Of a stretch of 64,000 nucleotides of DNA, positions 11,611 through 26,295 are shown piece after piece (position 1 is the first letter of the stretch; every line of letters begins with the position of its first letter). The stretch spans positions 78,988,001 to 79,052,000 of the forward strand of contig NW_026262712.1 of assembly GCF_021869535.1 (NCBI RefSeq), written 5' to 3'. Under the pieces are notes generated by a model. The model had not been told where the DNA came from. It was given only the letters and a program-made list of their open reading frames with translations, and made no database searches. Source of the DNA: Mytilus californianus (lineage: Eukaryota). The translations under genes were made by a program, and so were the position numbers.

Positions 11611-14416
11611 TCTTAAACCAAACAAATGTCAAATTATTCCTCTCAGTAAAGGTTGAAAAATCCTCAACAAAATGTTGTCATTTCTATTCGGTTTTGGTGA
11701 AATTTTAAAGTATCAACAAACAGACATAAAAATATGGATGTAGCTTTGCATGATATTTAACAATGAATTCTGCTCAAACCGATGCGAGGGGTCAACTTGA
11801 ACTTATTACCAATTATGAGGAATACTGCTCATTGTTGAATGCCTCATGGTGACTTGAAGATGAATGACAACAATAAAAACGTTCAATTTTTGGGATTTAC
11901 CATATATTGATATTAATATTGTCTCATGTAAATTTACTCCATATACCTTCACATTTTCATTGGGTATACGCAAAACTAAAAAACTGCTTACATATTACAA
12001 CTAAAAATCAGAAAGATTCAGACAGTATAACAAATTATTCTCTTCGTAACAGCTGAGAAATCCTTGACAAAATGTTTTCATTTCTGTTGGGTTGCAGTAA
12101 AATTGCAAAGTATTAACAAACACCAAGTGGATATTTTAGAGACTTGAAAATCACTTTCAGTTACTGAAGTTAAAAATCCTTTTTGCGTGAACCCCCTGAG
12201 GGGTCTTTGATAAGTCCCTCTGTGGATAGGCTACCACGTGACATTTTATATTTCAACAATCAAAGTTCATTTGTAGATTGGAAAGTAAAACAATAAAGAC
12301 TAGGTTGCAGTAAAAAAATTATTGATATGTTAAGAACTTATTTGCCTTTCGACAAAACATGTGTTTTAATAATGTGAATGTTTATTAAATATCAAGTATA
12401 ATGAAAACGCAATTATATACTTCATGCTTTGAGACGGTCCTTGTACGCGTTGTGTGTGTAGTATTTTATATACATTGTAGCGTCACGTTGTGCATTGTGA
12501 CTATAAACCTGGGAATAGTTTATTGACATATAATGTCCCAGAATAAACTGATTATTTCTGAACGTTTATCATTTGATATTTTGTATTTCAATCATAGCAT
12601 GGGAAAATGTCGGAAGGCATGATGAAAATTAAGAAAACGATATTTCTGTTAAAAATATTCATATTAGGCCGGAAAGCAGAAAGATAATCAAACAAAAGGA
12701 TTTTTCTGCTAAAATATCTATATTTCATTAATAGATACTACCAGACTAAGAGAATATTCTTATTAAGTTTAAACTGAGACTGAATTTATTCTTAATAGAA
12801 TATGATTAAATTAGTCATATATACGTGCATTATGTCTCATAGGTTTGAACATTCATTACATTTATGAAAATTATATGCAAAATATGAGCACCAATGAGCA
12901 GGGATGCGTACCTAAAGGTATCTAAATATTTAAATTTTAAACAGTCGTGAATGAAAAAATATGGAGATATGATAGATAAAATAAATGCATCCAGTTTATA
13001 AAGCAAACTGAGTGCTTAAATTTATATTGCGATTGGTTTATGCAATTTGCATTAGACATCCGGTTTGTAGAAACTGGGATTTGCAAAAGGGTTATGAGAA
13101 AATGATGTACACTCCCAAGTAATAAATAAAATAGTCCAGCCTTAAAATGTATATTCAAATAGTAGCTGTACATTGTACATGCAACTATCCAACATTGATT
13201 TCAAATGACGTGTGCAAAAATCTACACACAATTACATATTTTCAATAAAGGTGTTTTAACATCATTATTATATTATTCTATTCACAGTCAATTATTTCAA
13301 TTCAAAAGCAAACAATTTTCAGCAACATTGTTTTGGTGACCAGTCAGCGGTCTTAGGTTCACGTATTGCTTTTCTTCTTTTTTTTTTTTTGAAAGAAAGC
13401 AACTTGTATCTGTGCGATGCTTCTGGATTGGACTGATGATAATCTCCGAGAAAAACGAATGGCTTGAACTTTGACATTTCTGTGTCTTTGTGAAAAACCA
13501 GCGTAACATGGACCTATAAAAACTCCCGAGATCGTTTACGTTGAAAGTGAAGATATCTTTATTATGATTATTTTCTTAGTGATGAAAACTGTATACATAA
13601 TAATCAAAATAGAATATCAAATAACTATTTTGAGAAAAAAAAAACGCAAACTATAAATCATTTCCCATGTTCCGACAACGAGTTGTTTTAAGATTATGGT
13701 ACCTTGTTTACATTTCTAAAAATAACCCGGTTTGGGAATTTACGCAAATACGAGTCACGCATTCTGTGCATAAAAACAAAAACAATGAACATTCACTGTT
13801 ATAAATATATTTAATTTATTTTTTTGGCATCTTCTTCTTTTAAAAAAAGATTAATAATAATGTATTTATTTCAATTACCTAAAATCTTTAATTTTGCATA
13901 TACAGAAAATAATATAGATCCGCAGATAATCATGTAACAATCTCAAACCCATATCTTAAGATGGACCGGCTTAGTGCCGGCCCATAATAAAGCTTAAATC
14001 AAAACAACATTTCGCTTGTTTGCAACTTCTCTATAATCGTGCCTTTGTTTTGTGTTTTTTTTATTTGGGAAAGTATACTAAATAGTTATTGATATTATTC
14101 AAAATGGATATCGACAGCAGCAAAAGCGACAGAAAGAATTTTAGATACTTCATACAAAAGGACGATGGTCAGAACCAATAACGTTCATTAATGTCTTCGA
14201 TTTTTTGATCGTTTACATGAAACTGAGAGTAATTACTTTGAATTTTAACAGTTGTTTATCTTTTTAACAGGTCAAACCTATTCGATCTTTGTTCAATTTT
14301 TAAGTTCTTTTAACTAGTTATGTCGTTTCAAATATCTACTTCTCCGCTTAATACTCGTCATTAAAACATGTACAAGATGCTATTACAACTCATCAAAGAT
14401 ACCAGGCTTATAAGTT

Positions 14417-14458
14417 AGTCAGACGAGCGTTTCTTCTACATAAGACTCATAAGTGGTG
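14417..14458 (-). ncRNA. Inactivated hammerhead relic within a retrozyme-like repeat (about 14391-14552)
   Basis: CUUAUGA instead of CUGAUGA, stem II and III mismatches; flanks match the 29.7 and 52.9 kb elements. Confidence 0.6.
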
Positions 14459-15478
14459 CACGAACTAACAGTTGTAATGTCAAATCTCATACCAAGTACC
14501 GAAAATTTCAAAAGATTGTGCTTACTACGGCTAAGGCAATCTATGCCTGGAGGTGAAAAAAAAACTCTGAGAAAAACAGAAATATCGTCTAATCAATAAT
14601 GAAGCTTTTGTATCTCAGATAGATTTTACTGGCATATTGACAAACTGTTTCCTGTTTTATAAATGAGTGCCCTGTAAAGGAGTGCTACCATTATCTATCG
14701 TCGGACACGAGCTTTTTTCTTTTAGAAAATGGGCCTTACTTAAAAACATTTAAAATACATTTTAGGGAGTTATGAAATATCTAAATCTATTTATTTCTTT
14801 TTCTTATCATTTTGATCATATGAACAATAAAAAGAAAGAAGTAAAATATGTTGAATGTCATTTGTATTGTCTACAACCGTGTCATTGCTATTTAAATACT
14901 GAATTCCTCTAGGGAATACAAACAGGACTTTGGTATGTTCAAACGGAAAGCAATTGGAATTAAAAGTCAATAAGGAATTGGTACGTCTATTTAACGACAA
15001 GACACTGTAATCGAAAATGTCAACTGTTAAACAAAAACATATGACTGACTTTTTACAGATAGGGTCATAGGTCGTTTCTTTTAATTACAAATCATCTTGA
15101 AAATGTCAATTAAGTTCACAGGAACATATTAGGTCAATTATTTCCTAACAAAATAGGTTATCAAACAGAAGAAAAATAATAAAATGTCAATTAGCAATAA
15201 AATTCCTTTTTGTTCTAAGAAAACAATTTAGAGAATATGTTTATAAAAATAAGGGTACACGTGTCTGATACGTTATCACGTTTTGTAAACTTTATGTTCT
15301 TTCATCTGAGCAAGAAGACACTGGTGAAACAAATATTATTATTTCTTAATTGCATTACATTTAATCAGGCAATGCTCTTCGATCTAATATAATTAACCGT
15401 TCTCCATATTAGTTATAACAAACACATATCATTTGTATGATAAACGTTCGATGAATAACTAAATAAATTTCCGCCTGG

Positions 15479-15647
15479 CCAATGCAATTGGGAATCAGCC
15501 ATGTGAAGGTGGCTGTAAGTGGAATATCTAAAGAATTGATTTGTGAAACACCCACCAGATAAGAATGGATATAGTCTATAAAAGCAGTGTAGTTTATTAA
15601 TTAAACTTGTTATTGCTACCTGGAATAATAGTGGACACCTGGTAAGA
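15479..15647 (+). promoter_or_regulatory. Pol II promoter plus short non-coding first exon, probably of buccalin
   Basis: CCAAT 15479-15483, inverted CCAAT (ATTGG) 15487-15491, E-box CATGTG about 15500, TATAAAAG 15577-15584, then a strong donor CTG|GTAAGA with the exon ending at 15641. Assignment to buccalin is inference. Confidence 0.55.
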
Positions 15648-17366
15648 ATTTTATATGCTTGTTTTCTCTTTTTAAATTAGAATATTTCCTAATTATTGAA
15701 CAAACAACGATTTAGTGGTGAAGGCATATACGCATAATTAAGCAATACATATAGTAAGGATTTTTAAAATTAATTTTCAATGTATGCAACAAAATAATAT
15801 AAGATGAAAGTATTATTACTGTTTTCATCTATCTGTAAATCATTGTTTGATTGCAACAGTTCTTCAACAATAATCATTTAGTTTACTGAAAGACATACAA
15901 TGAACAAAAGTAGCGATGTCAATTTGAAATAATTTTTCATTGATATATTTTTGATACATGTTAGATATAACAATAAATATTGATCAATGTTCATTATTGA
16001 TGAAAGCATTGAAAATTGTTAATAAATAGAAATTGCCGCAAACGAACAGTAATAATGAATTTAAATAAAAAGATAACAAACTTTTTAAAAATCGACACAA
16101 ATTCCAGCATACAACTTGTATTAGTTAACGTATGTATTTGGAAAAAAATACATAAAGTATTCTTTTAAATAGATCTAGTTCTTATGATTTTTATGAAATG
16201 TATGATACAAAAACCTTTATATCTATCGTTTAGAAGATATTTTTTAACTTCAATTTAAAAAAGTTCAAGTTCGATTGACAGATTATTGTTTTTCCACAAA
16301 TTATACCTTCTACAGTTAGCATATCAGACCAAAACTATTTTCAATAGTAAGGAAATCAGACCAAAACAACAAGTTTTACGAGTATGTGGGACTACTTGAA
16401 TTTTAGAGTATAATAATTATGTAAATACTTAACTGTATCGTTTCTTTTGTTGATAAGTATAATATTGTTGTCTTCAGTATTGAGCGCGTTTGGTTTTTAG
16501 ACAATAATGGCATAGAAATAAAGTTATCGTGTACTCGAAATAAACTTGATAAATTTTCTATCAACGTCAAAGAAATAGATGCATGTTTCATATACTTATG
16601 AAAGATTGAAGTGGATTATATCAAGACAGGCAGTTTAAATATGGAAATTTTGAAAATTTGAACAAATGTCAAAAACCATTGTTCAACAAGGCATACCAAA
16701 TTATTACTGAAATAATTCAGCATTTCTGGGAAAAAGTAAAAGCAAATGCCATAAAATGAATAACAAAACTACTTTCCATAAAATAATTTAACAACTCTTG
16801 TTTTTATTGCTGATGAGTACTAACACACAGCTTCACGTTGGAACCAGGTTGATCGTAAATCTGATTCTCTTCATATCTGCCCTTTGTGTCTATTTATCCA
16901 TTATTTATCACAAATACAGACCGTTGTGGTAGAATTGATGGTACAATAAGATTGTATTTGACAAGTAGATTCAGCAATGGGCGTCCCTGGTGCAGGTGGG
17001 TCCTGATGAGCGAATCGGACGTAAGAGGGTTTTTTTAGTATTGTTTCCATTTGTTTACGCTTGTATTTATATTTTACTCATTTTGTACTTTATTGAGAAG
17101 GTGTGTGAAATATATGGTATGTTCTATCAGCTACATTTGTTTTATCGGCGTCTTTGTCAATATGCTATCAACTACAAAGAACTTTTGTTGGCCTCTTTGT
17201 TAAGATTTATTTGTATGTTTGTTTGAATTTTTTAGCCAGTTTTCATGTATATTTACACAATTTGGCTGCTGGATCCCAATTGTTGTCACATTTACATATT
17301 AAGTCTGTTCGGGTTGCTCAATCAATTTTGTCAATATAACGTACGTTAATCAACGGAACTATGAAC

Positions 17367-17465
17367 AACTGTTATATAAGTGGAAGGTTTATCTAGTTAT
17401 AAAACTAGGTTTAACCCACCATTTTCTTCGTAAAATGTCTCTGCCAAGTAAGAAATATGGCAGTT
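17367..17465 (+). ncRNA. Decayed twister-like module, likely inactive
   Basis: P5 AACUGUUAUA/UAUGGCAGUU is kept, but the catalytic GA reads AA and P4 is disrupted. Confidence 0.6.
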
Positions 17466-20400
17466 GTTTTTCACTCGTTCCTTTGATTGATGACATTTGA
17501 TTTTGTTCGTTTTTATAGACTTCCCGTTTTTGAATTCACCTTGGTTATTTTTGTTATACTTTGTTATTGTTATATTAGGTACATTTTGGAAATTTTTGTC
17601 TAATGCGATTTATAAGTTTTGCTGAAAATAAGGTTGAAAACTGTAATGGTACATTTAAAGTTAACCCGCAAGTTTTACAAATACAATTAAATGTTGATGC
17701 TTAACGTTTAGCTGCAAATAGTTCAGGCATACATTTAGGACCCGAACGAATTGATTAATAAATCATCCGAGAAGGTTTTACAAAGTAGTTAGACCGCGAT
17801 GAAGTCATTTTATTTGGACTTCCACTGAAAGTAGAGAATTTAGTGATATGTCAGACATGTTTACCTTGAAACTGACCATCTATGGACATCCCAACGAGTT
17901 GTTGCAAATGATGTTTAATGTGCAGAGACCGTTGCACTCTCTCAATTGGATTCCTCAAATAAACGTTTTTCTTTGGTCTGGATTTGACTGTGTATTTTAC
18001 GAAAAAAAGTCCATGTTATCACATTTGTTTACCCCAGATACTGGTTATTCAATAAACATTTTACAATTATTTTTATTATATGGTTCTTATACAAATACAC
18101 ATCTGCGTTTTCAAACTTTTAACAAATCAAAGTTATAAATATCAGTATGTTTCGAACATTCATAACATTCAAGTATTTCACTGTGACATTGTCAACATTA
18201 ACGGAAAGAAATTCGTCATAGTGTTAATAATTTATTGATATAGGTCATGTGTCATCCGAGAACTAAATATATTGAAGCAGTGTTATGGATGACACCCTGC
18301 AAATTCGAAAATGTGTTAGTAGCGTAATTGTGACATTTGCTATGATTTATTTGACTATCTAGTTTCTGGTTACCTAATGTTTCTATCGCTGATTCCAAAT
18401 GAACATGAAACAAGAAGTCTATGGGGTTTCTTCTAGATATTTTTCAAGGCATTTACACTTTGTAGGCAACCTCACAACTGGGATATACCACACACCGTAC
18501 ATATTTTTTTACAGTGTTTTAAAAACGTTTTTGTAATGGTATTAGCTTGATCCTTCGTCGACTCATGATTTTGATTGTGCCATTAGTATTTTCTTACCTT
18601 TCCCAATTATAAAGTAATAACAAACAATCTGTCCATTTGTGAATCAAAATAAGACCATCTAGAATTTTAGAAAAACAAACCATATTTTATCGATATCTCT
18701 AATGGTCTTTGAAGGATTTATTTCAATCCTATGATATTTGAAGACAGACTCATTATATATAGATTGAAGAACTTATATTTTCCTCCTATGCGATTTAGTC
18801 CTGAACACTTTTTATCATGTGAATAAATTCACCTGACGCCATCAAAGCTCCATAATGTTTTCTTTTTGAAAGGGAAAACAAAAACTTTTATCGATATCCT
18901 ATTGCCCCTGTATATTTTACCACTGGTTACATATACAATTACTATTTTGTCCATGCTTATCACGTTTTCTCTGGAACAAAAGGTCAGAGCTTCCTATAAA
19001 TTTCATAACAAGCTTTTTGTGAGCATGCGATACTGTGTGGTCGGTTTTAACACTCATTGCTAATCTGAGTATGCTAATACGAGCCTTTGGTGTATCGTAT
19101 TATAAGTCTGATATCCTTTCCCAATTTCCTGTTGATATATATCCATTCACTAACGGCTATGTTTAAAAGAGATACGAAAGAACTCTTAAGTCGAAAATAA
19201 ACTGACAACGCCATGGCTAAAAACACAAAACACAACATAGAAAACTAATGACTGAGCAACACGAACCCCATCATTGAAAATGTTCGTCGCATTTGTTCTA
19301 AGTAACTACAAATCTTGGCGTTTTAAACTTTATAATCAAGCGTTATGTGAGCATGGTTTACCTTGTGATGCATTTTTGCATCAATTGCTCATCAACTTCG
19401 TGTGAACCGAATACTTTTATATTCTTACATTTAATGACCATGTAGGAGATTTTCGTCGTATTGTTATTAGAAACTTAAAATCAGGGCTTTCTGAAATTTG
19501 GAGTCAAGCTTCATGTGATCATGCTTTACCGTATGATGCGTTTTTTTTTATATATCTATTGGTTTACCGAAAATCTAAAGCGGGGTGTCATTTGTGGCAA
19601 ATAGCACAGTTCCACTTGTTTATCCTGAAATCGGTATATGACATTAACCTTACTATTTATCTTTTTGATAATTTTTAATTATGGTTATAATTACGGTTTT
19701 ATTTATGGTTAACACATAATCCTTCTAACGATATTTTTAGTTCATTATATTATATGAAAATGCTTAGCGGCGATGGTCACACAGTACCTCTGTATTGTTC
19801 TGTTTCTATCTCATTTCCTCATTAAGCTACTCATTAAAAATTCTACCCCTTCAAAGTATTGGTATACTATGAAACAAACATATCAGTTTACGTTGTAAAC
19901 AAATAACTAATGATTGTATCTTAGTGATATGATACAGCCAAAATATTAACAATCTTCATATATTTTTAGTATAATATAGTGTAAATATACGAGTTTCAGG
20001 GTTTATTTGTTCGCTTGAGTTGTTGTAATTGTAATTGTAATTGAAAACAAAAATCGAATGCTACAAATACGTTTTATCGCGGTATGATATTGCGTTAACA
20101 GTAAAAAGGAAAAAAAAAAATCTGAATCAATGATTCGATTGATTTGAAAGACAGTTATTCCGAAGTAAATGAGTACTATGGTTTAGACTCCTTAAGTGAA
20201 ATTATGAAAAACCAAAGTGAAAGTCCTTTATCAATAATAAGAGCTGTTTGATAGATAAATATGATACCAAGTTTTAAATCAACATTTACCAGTATATTCA
20301 TTGTACAGGATACTTTGAAGCTAGAAAACAATAATTTGCGACTCATGTGTTAGATATGAATACAGTATTTCAATTGTATTGTAAATAGTCATATATAATA

Positions 20401-23400
20401 TGATATACCGATAGAACAATTCCGATGGTTTCAACGTACCTTATGATGTGAAATAGGCTACATTATCTCATAGCCTTCAATTACAAGCAATTACGATTCA
20501 GGACATATTTTTCATAGCATTGTTTATACAAAAAATAATACACTCAAGGATTAAAGCACAAAAATAAGTACCAGCGAACACATATTTCCGATATGGGTAA
20601 TTTTTCATCACGATACACCTTGTAAATTACAGCTGTAACACACTTCATTCGATGGCAATGGTTTCAATAATTCTTTCTCCTTACTTAAGCACTTCAATTA
20701 TCTTTTGCATAAAATTCTTGGAAGAATTTAATTGCTTTAGTATTAAACCTGCTTATTAAATTTGTTTTATTCATGTGAAAAGGTTTATACATTCTGTTAT
20801 ATCAATTACCATTAGTCAATTCGTGAAGTTTTATGAATAGGATTATATAAATGAATATGACAGGTTCACTACGGTTCCCCAATAATCTAATTGAACTATA
20901 AAATTATTCGATATTTTTCATTGTTATTCCGCATAACAGAACAAGAAGAAAACATATAAAAGTTCAGGATAAAACTATAATTTGCTAGCTTTAATATGCT
21001 CTAAAGTAAATCAAGGCACTTGGAATAAAAGGCTCTTGTTAAAACCTAATATTAGAAGTCAATAAACTATATAAAGGGGAATGAGCTTTTACTTAATTAC
21101 AAACGAGGTTAAATTATTTTTAAGAGTATAATCTATTTCGAGGATCCGTTATTAACGCATTTGGAAGGACCATTCTTTAGACAAATAGAATATTTTATAA
21201 TTTTAGTTTTACTATTAGTTGTATTCCTTTACTAATTATTATAATGTCATTGCTAATTTCGAAAAAAAATATTCAATTCGCAAAATGTGTATTTCCAGAC
21301 CAGAATTTCACCCCGATTTTCTTTTGTTGCTGACATTGTAGTCTTCTGTGTAAACATAGTGGATTGTTGCTTGTCATTTTGCTCTTTGTGTGTTATCTAA
21401 TACCAGGGCTATTTGCAGTGTGTGTGACTGCGTATGAATTTATGTTAAGAATAAAATAAATCATTTGAATCATGCAAATATTTTATCAATCATTCTCTGC
21501 AAATGTGTGTTCCAGGGCTTTCTTTAAACAATAAACGGTACCGAAGTATTTATATACACATATGGTACCAACTCTTTATGTAAATCACTTAATTACTCTA
21601 TCGTATGAGATGTATTATCGCGATGTTATACGAACGAAAGATGTCTATTTTTTTTAAATTTAGATTTAATGCCCAAGCATGAAGCATCTGCTTATTGTAC
21701 TGTAGATATATACTTTGCATTTAGAGTGGGGATATGCTTAGCATGAATACGCGTGTATTCTTGTTATATTTGCTTTGAGATGTCTCAAAATTGCAATGTG
21801 ATAGATTTTAGGAAATACTGAGTTTTATCATAACATAATTTCAATGTAAGAAGAACATACCTACGTGTGTTTATTAATTTTCCATTCTTTTTTAGCAATG
21901 AATACGTATTACATCAGACAAGTCGGTGTTCATCTTTGTGCTCATTTTATGATATGTTTATATGTAAAATAGGGACGTAGGGGAAATGTACATTAATTAG
22001 TTTTTGCCAATTTTGATTTACATACAATCAAAACATCACTAGAACCAAATAACCACTTTTTATACTTTTACGAGTTTGTATTCTTAAGGTCTAGTATGTC
22101 TTCAGGAAATGTCTAGTTCTTAACTTCTGGAAGGTTTAGCGACGTTAATATATTTTCCTGCTTTGTTACATAACATACAAATCATATAAAATCCTAAAAC
22201 TTACAAACAAAAAAATAATATGCCATTAAATTAAACAGCAGCAGTAAGCATCTATTTAATAAGTTGAAATATTGAACAGTGTTTTACCAAATTTCTTTGA
22301 TCAGTTTTACAAAGACAACTTAATCTCTACTTTAATTTAAGAAGAGAAAAGTTTTTATTAAAATTGTCTTTTTATCAAACTGATCAACATGTTCATGATC
22401 AGTTACTCAGGTGATAACAAATTACTGTGGACGAAAAGATCTGCTAAAATGAGCCGAGCGATAACGAGAAAGCCAAACTGAATGAAATAGTCTTGGGATT
22501 TTAGATTCTAGAATATTTAAGAAATGGTGTTTTATTATCAGAACGGTATTATTTTGAATGTTCTGACTTACCCGGAATCTAATATTGATCGACAAAAATT
22601 TCTAAGATGGAAGCCGTGTTTTTGAGTGTGGATACGCATGACGGACTATGCATATTTATCACGAGACTCTTTCAGGCGATAGCGTCCGTTTGTTACCTTG
22701 ATTTGTATTGTCTTAATAACTTTAAGAGATTTGGACATCGATAAACTACTGTTCACATTAGTCTTTAAAGTGCAATGAATAGCAAAATGCCCGTTTAGGT
22801 TTTTAAGGGGTTTTAGAATTTTGAGAATAAAAAGCAAACAACTTAAACTATAAATGCGTATGAAGATTATATTACGATAGTGTACGATAACAATATCAGA
22901 TAAGCTTCCTGTCAAAATTGAACATAATTAATTTACAATATGAACAAAATGAAATTCTATTTTACAAATAAATGACGTTTCATAGCTTTTATAATGCTTT
23001 TGATATGCCAAGTCCGAACCGATCAGTCTTAATAAATATCAGCTCAGGCTTTTAGATTACAGGATAATTGCAAAATGTAAAAATACAAAATGTTTAAACA
23101 ACTTCTTTGATAATATTATGGTACTAAGCAACATAAAGATCAAACCAGTAATCAAAGCTTTTTTGCGAGGACTAAATTTAATCTAAAAAAATATTGAAAC
23201 AACAGAAACAGCTACGTGAAAATGAGGCGGAAAATACAACTTAACGATTCTTACTCATAACACTTTATGAACAATTGGTTTCAAAAATAAACTATAACTA
23301 TCTATGAAACGTACTACATTTTTTCTTTCGGAAGTAAAAACTTTAATGAATGTATCTTTTGTTATTTTCGTGTAAACAATTTGTCTTAGAATTGTCTAAG

Positions 23401-23770
23401 GATGTAGTATTTTTTAGATTGAGGCAGGTCTAAAATAATTTACATTAGGTGAAATTGTTTCACATTATTTTCCCCTTGTGATCGATTTACCAGCTTTAAT
23501 ACCGTTTATTAAGTTAACAGCTTCCTTCCTGTCATCTTTGAATCGGATATTGTGGTAGCGGGTCTATGAGTCTACACGCCAACCAATCTAAGATGTTGCT
23601 TTCATTGCGTCTCAAATATCAACGAAGAATGAAAAGGATTTAAGCTTACATTACTTGAAAATTTGCCTCCATTAAGATAACTTAACAACATCAAATGTGA
23701 CATAAATATGGTAAATAAATTAACATGTACGTAACTTACAAACGAATCCAACCTTGGGAAAGTAGGGGGG

Positions 23771-24480
23771 AAAAGTAAAACAACAAAATTACCGAACTCC
23801 AAGGAAAATTCAAAACCGAAAGTCCCTAATCAAATTGCAAAATCAAAAACTTAAACACATCAAACGAATGGAAAAACACTTGTCATATTCCTGACTTGGT
23901 ACAGACATTTCCTTATGTAGAAAATGGTGGATAAAACCTGGTTTGATAGCTAGTTAAACACTCTCGCATTGAATTCCATTATATTGACAACAATGTGTGA
24001 GCAAATTAAACTTTAAGACATAATAGATAAAAATGTGAAAATTTGGGGTACAGCAGTCACAGTTGTGTTATAATCTTAATCACTATAAAAAACCCAACTA
24101 TGTCAACAAATAAAAACAAAATTGCATATAGAAACTCTATAAACAAAGCACATAAGCAAAAATGAAAGACAAAAATACATACAAAAAATGACCATAGCAC
24201 AATAACCAATAACACTATGGCGGGATGTATGAATACATAGCCACGCTAAAAGGATATTACCAAAAATAGACTAAACAGTAAAGTATAAAAATGTACAAAG
24301 ACAAATAAAAAGAACACTATAACACGTAATTAAGATGATAAACAACGATAGTACTTAGAATCTATACTTCCAAGACCATTATCTATTATTTGTGAAGTTG
24401 ATACAGAATATTTATCAACAAGGTCTTGGCATCATCCGATGTAGTTTGTTAGAGGGGTTTAAAGACAGACATCTTTTTAC
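23771..24480 (-). mobile_element. PLE family 2 3' end: RT C-terminus, 3' UTR and twister module
   Basis: The reverse complement of 24290-24470 aligns with 10450-10620; it continues into the ACC/GGU twister module (23881-23968) and the ttttgttgttttactttt terminus. Confidence 0.85.
23881..23968 (-). ncRNA. Decayed twister-like module in the PLE family 2 3' UTR
   Basis: L4 UACCAAGU, P4 UCUG/CAGG and P3 are present; the cleavage-site UAA reads UUA, T1 is disrupted and the 5' P5 arm is missing. Confidence 0.6.
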
Positions 24481-26295
24481 CTGTCTTCTTAACTTCGTTT
24501 TTGCATAAATGTTATTAACAAGCCAAAATTGTATCTAAGGAAATACAGTGAACATGTATTGTTCCAAAAGCAAAGTTTATGCTGAATCTCGACAATTAGG
24601 GAGACGGGCGATTCTCAGACAGTTGAATGGTACGCTGTACCTGATAGCTATTTGCATTTAGAAACTTTCGTCTATTACCGTCATATCTGAACTGTTAAGA
24701 AAAAGCCCGAGGTAGTTTTTGTCACTATATATGCAGATATATAATTTGATGATATATGACATGATAAATTTAATGTCTGTACTATTCAGAGTTTGGAAAC
24801 TCAAAGAGAAGTAATGTTATCTAAATTGTTTATGTTCTTATGATTTTTGTATTGTCATTCTTATAAGTCGGAGGGGTTAATTATCTTTTAGAGATACGAT
24901 GTAGTGTTGCCAAACTTTCTACATTTTCTTTTATTTACACGAAGGAACAAAAATCAATTGAGGAGGAAATCCAATTATTCATGGCAAGCAGGTAACAAGT
25001 GCTTTTGGATGTCTTGAGGGTATTCAATTACACAGACATATCTGGACATATTCAAAACAATCATTAACAAAAAAACTTAATTATGAAAAATATATGGATA
25101 TTTCTGGTGCGGATTTCCATAGTTACAAGGAATGGCCAAAGAACATATCCCAGATGTAATACATTATTAAGTCAGCAGATCCATGGAACACAAGGCTAAT
25201 TATATTGGTTAAATTGACAATTAATTTATCTGACGGAGATTATATTAACCTTTGCATTTTCCGTGGTTATGTTATCGTTTTGAGTATAAATCTTCAACAT
25301 GTTTTCTTTTCAAAAACGATGTATCCAAGACAGTATTCTATAAATTTAAATAACATTATCTATCTACATATAACTAATATATCATGTAACGGAAGAGCTG
25401 TAAGACCTAAGTTAATACGAATATATATATATTAGATTGTAGATTGGTTGTTTTTAGTAACTATAATCGTTCTCTGATGTAAAATTGCTGATTAGTGTTT
25501 TAGTTATCTATTATACCAGTATTGTAGATTTAGTGTTTTCATTCACTTATAATTATTTTAATGTACTGAATATACCTTGTTGTTATTTTAGTGGTCGAGA
25601 TTCAAAGGGGGAAAGTTGAGATCTCTCAAAAAATGAATGTTCATGTAACTTTCAAAAGTCATAAACCTCGTCGGAGATTGTCTTTTGTTAAATCTTAATG
25701 TTTTTTTTTCATTTCGGAGAATTTCGCCAAAATGGTATATTTATGAAAGTCCCACGTGTTTTTAATAAAAAGAAGCCAATTGCTAAATTTATGAAACTGC
25801 TTCAATTAGCTTGTGATTGCGTCAGTAAACCTCGAAAACTGCAAATTATATTTAGAACAATCTGTTAAAATGTCTTCACACATGTATGTCATATTATTTG
25901 GATGTCCGGCATTAAATCAAAGCCGTTAAGTTATTGTCATGATAACGTAATAATTATTGATGTTTTGCAGATACATTGTTTTAAATTACTTCGTTTTATA
26001 AGACGTGTTTCAACAGTGTATTCAAATTTGGCATTATAGTTGAAATCAATATGTGTTCCTCTCATTCTACGCAGTATTCATTTATTTAAAACAAAATTAC
26101 ACGAAGATGATTATATGTCTTTAAATAATCTAGATCCACTACTATTTAAAACTAACGATATCCTGAAAATGATCCTCACCAGCTTTACGAATTACTTTCT
26201 TCCTGGGCATTTAAAAGAATTAATAAAAGGAATTGTGGGGAGTGGCTGACTAAGACAACATTTGTTTGATACTAATGAAGTTACAGCAGCGCACA

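Noticed and set aside
16805-17030. CTGATGAG at about 16810 and 17003 as hammerheads (also CTGATGA near 28096)
   Set aside because: No stem II followed by GAAA, and no stem III/NUH or stem I partner.
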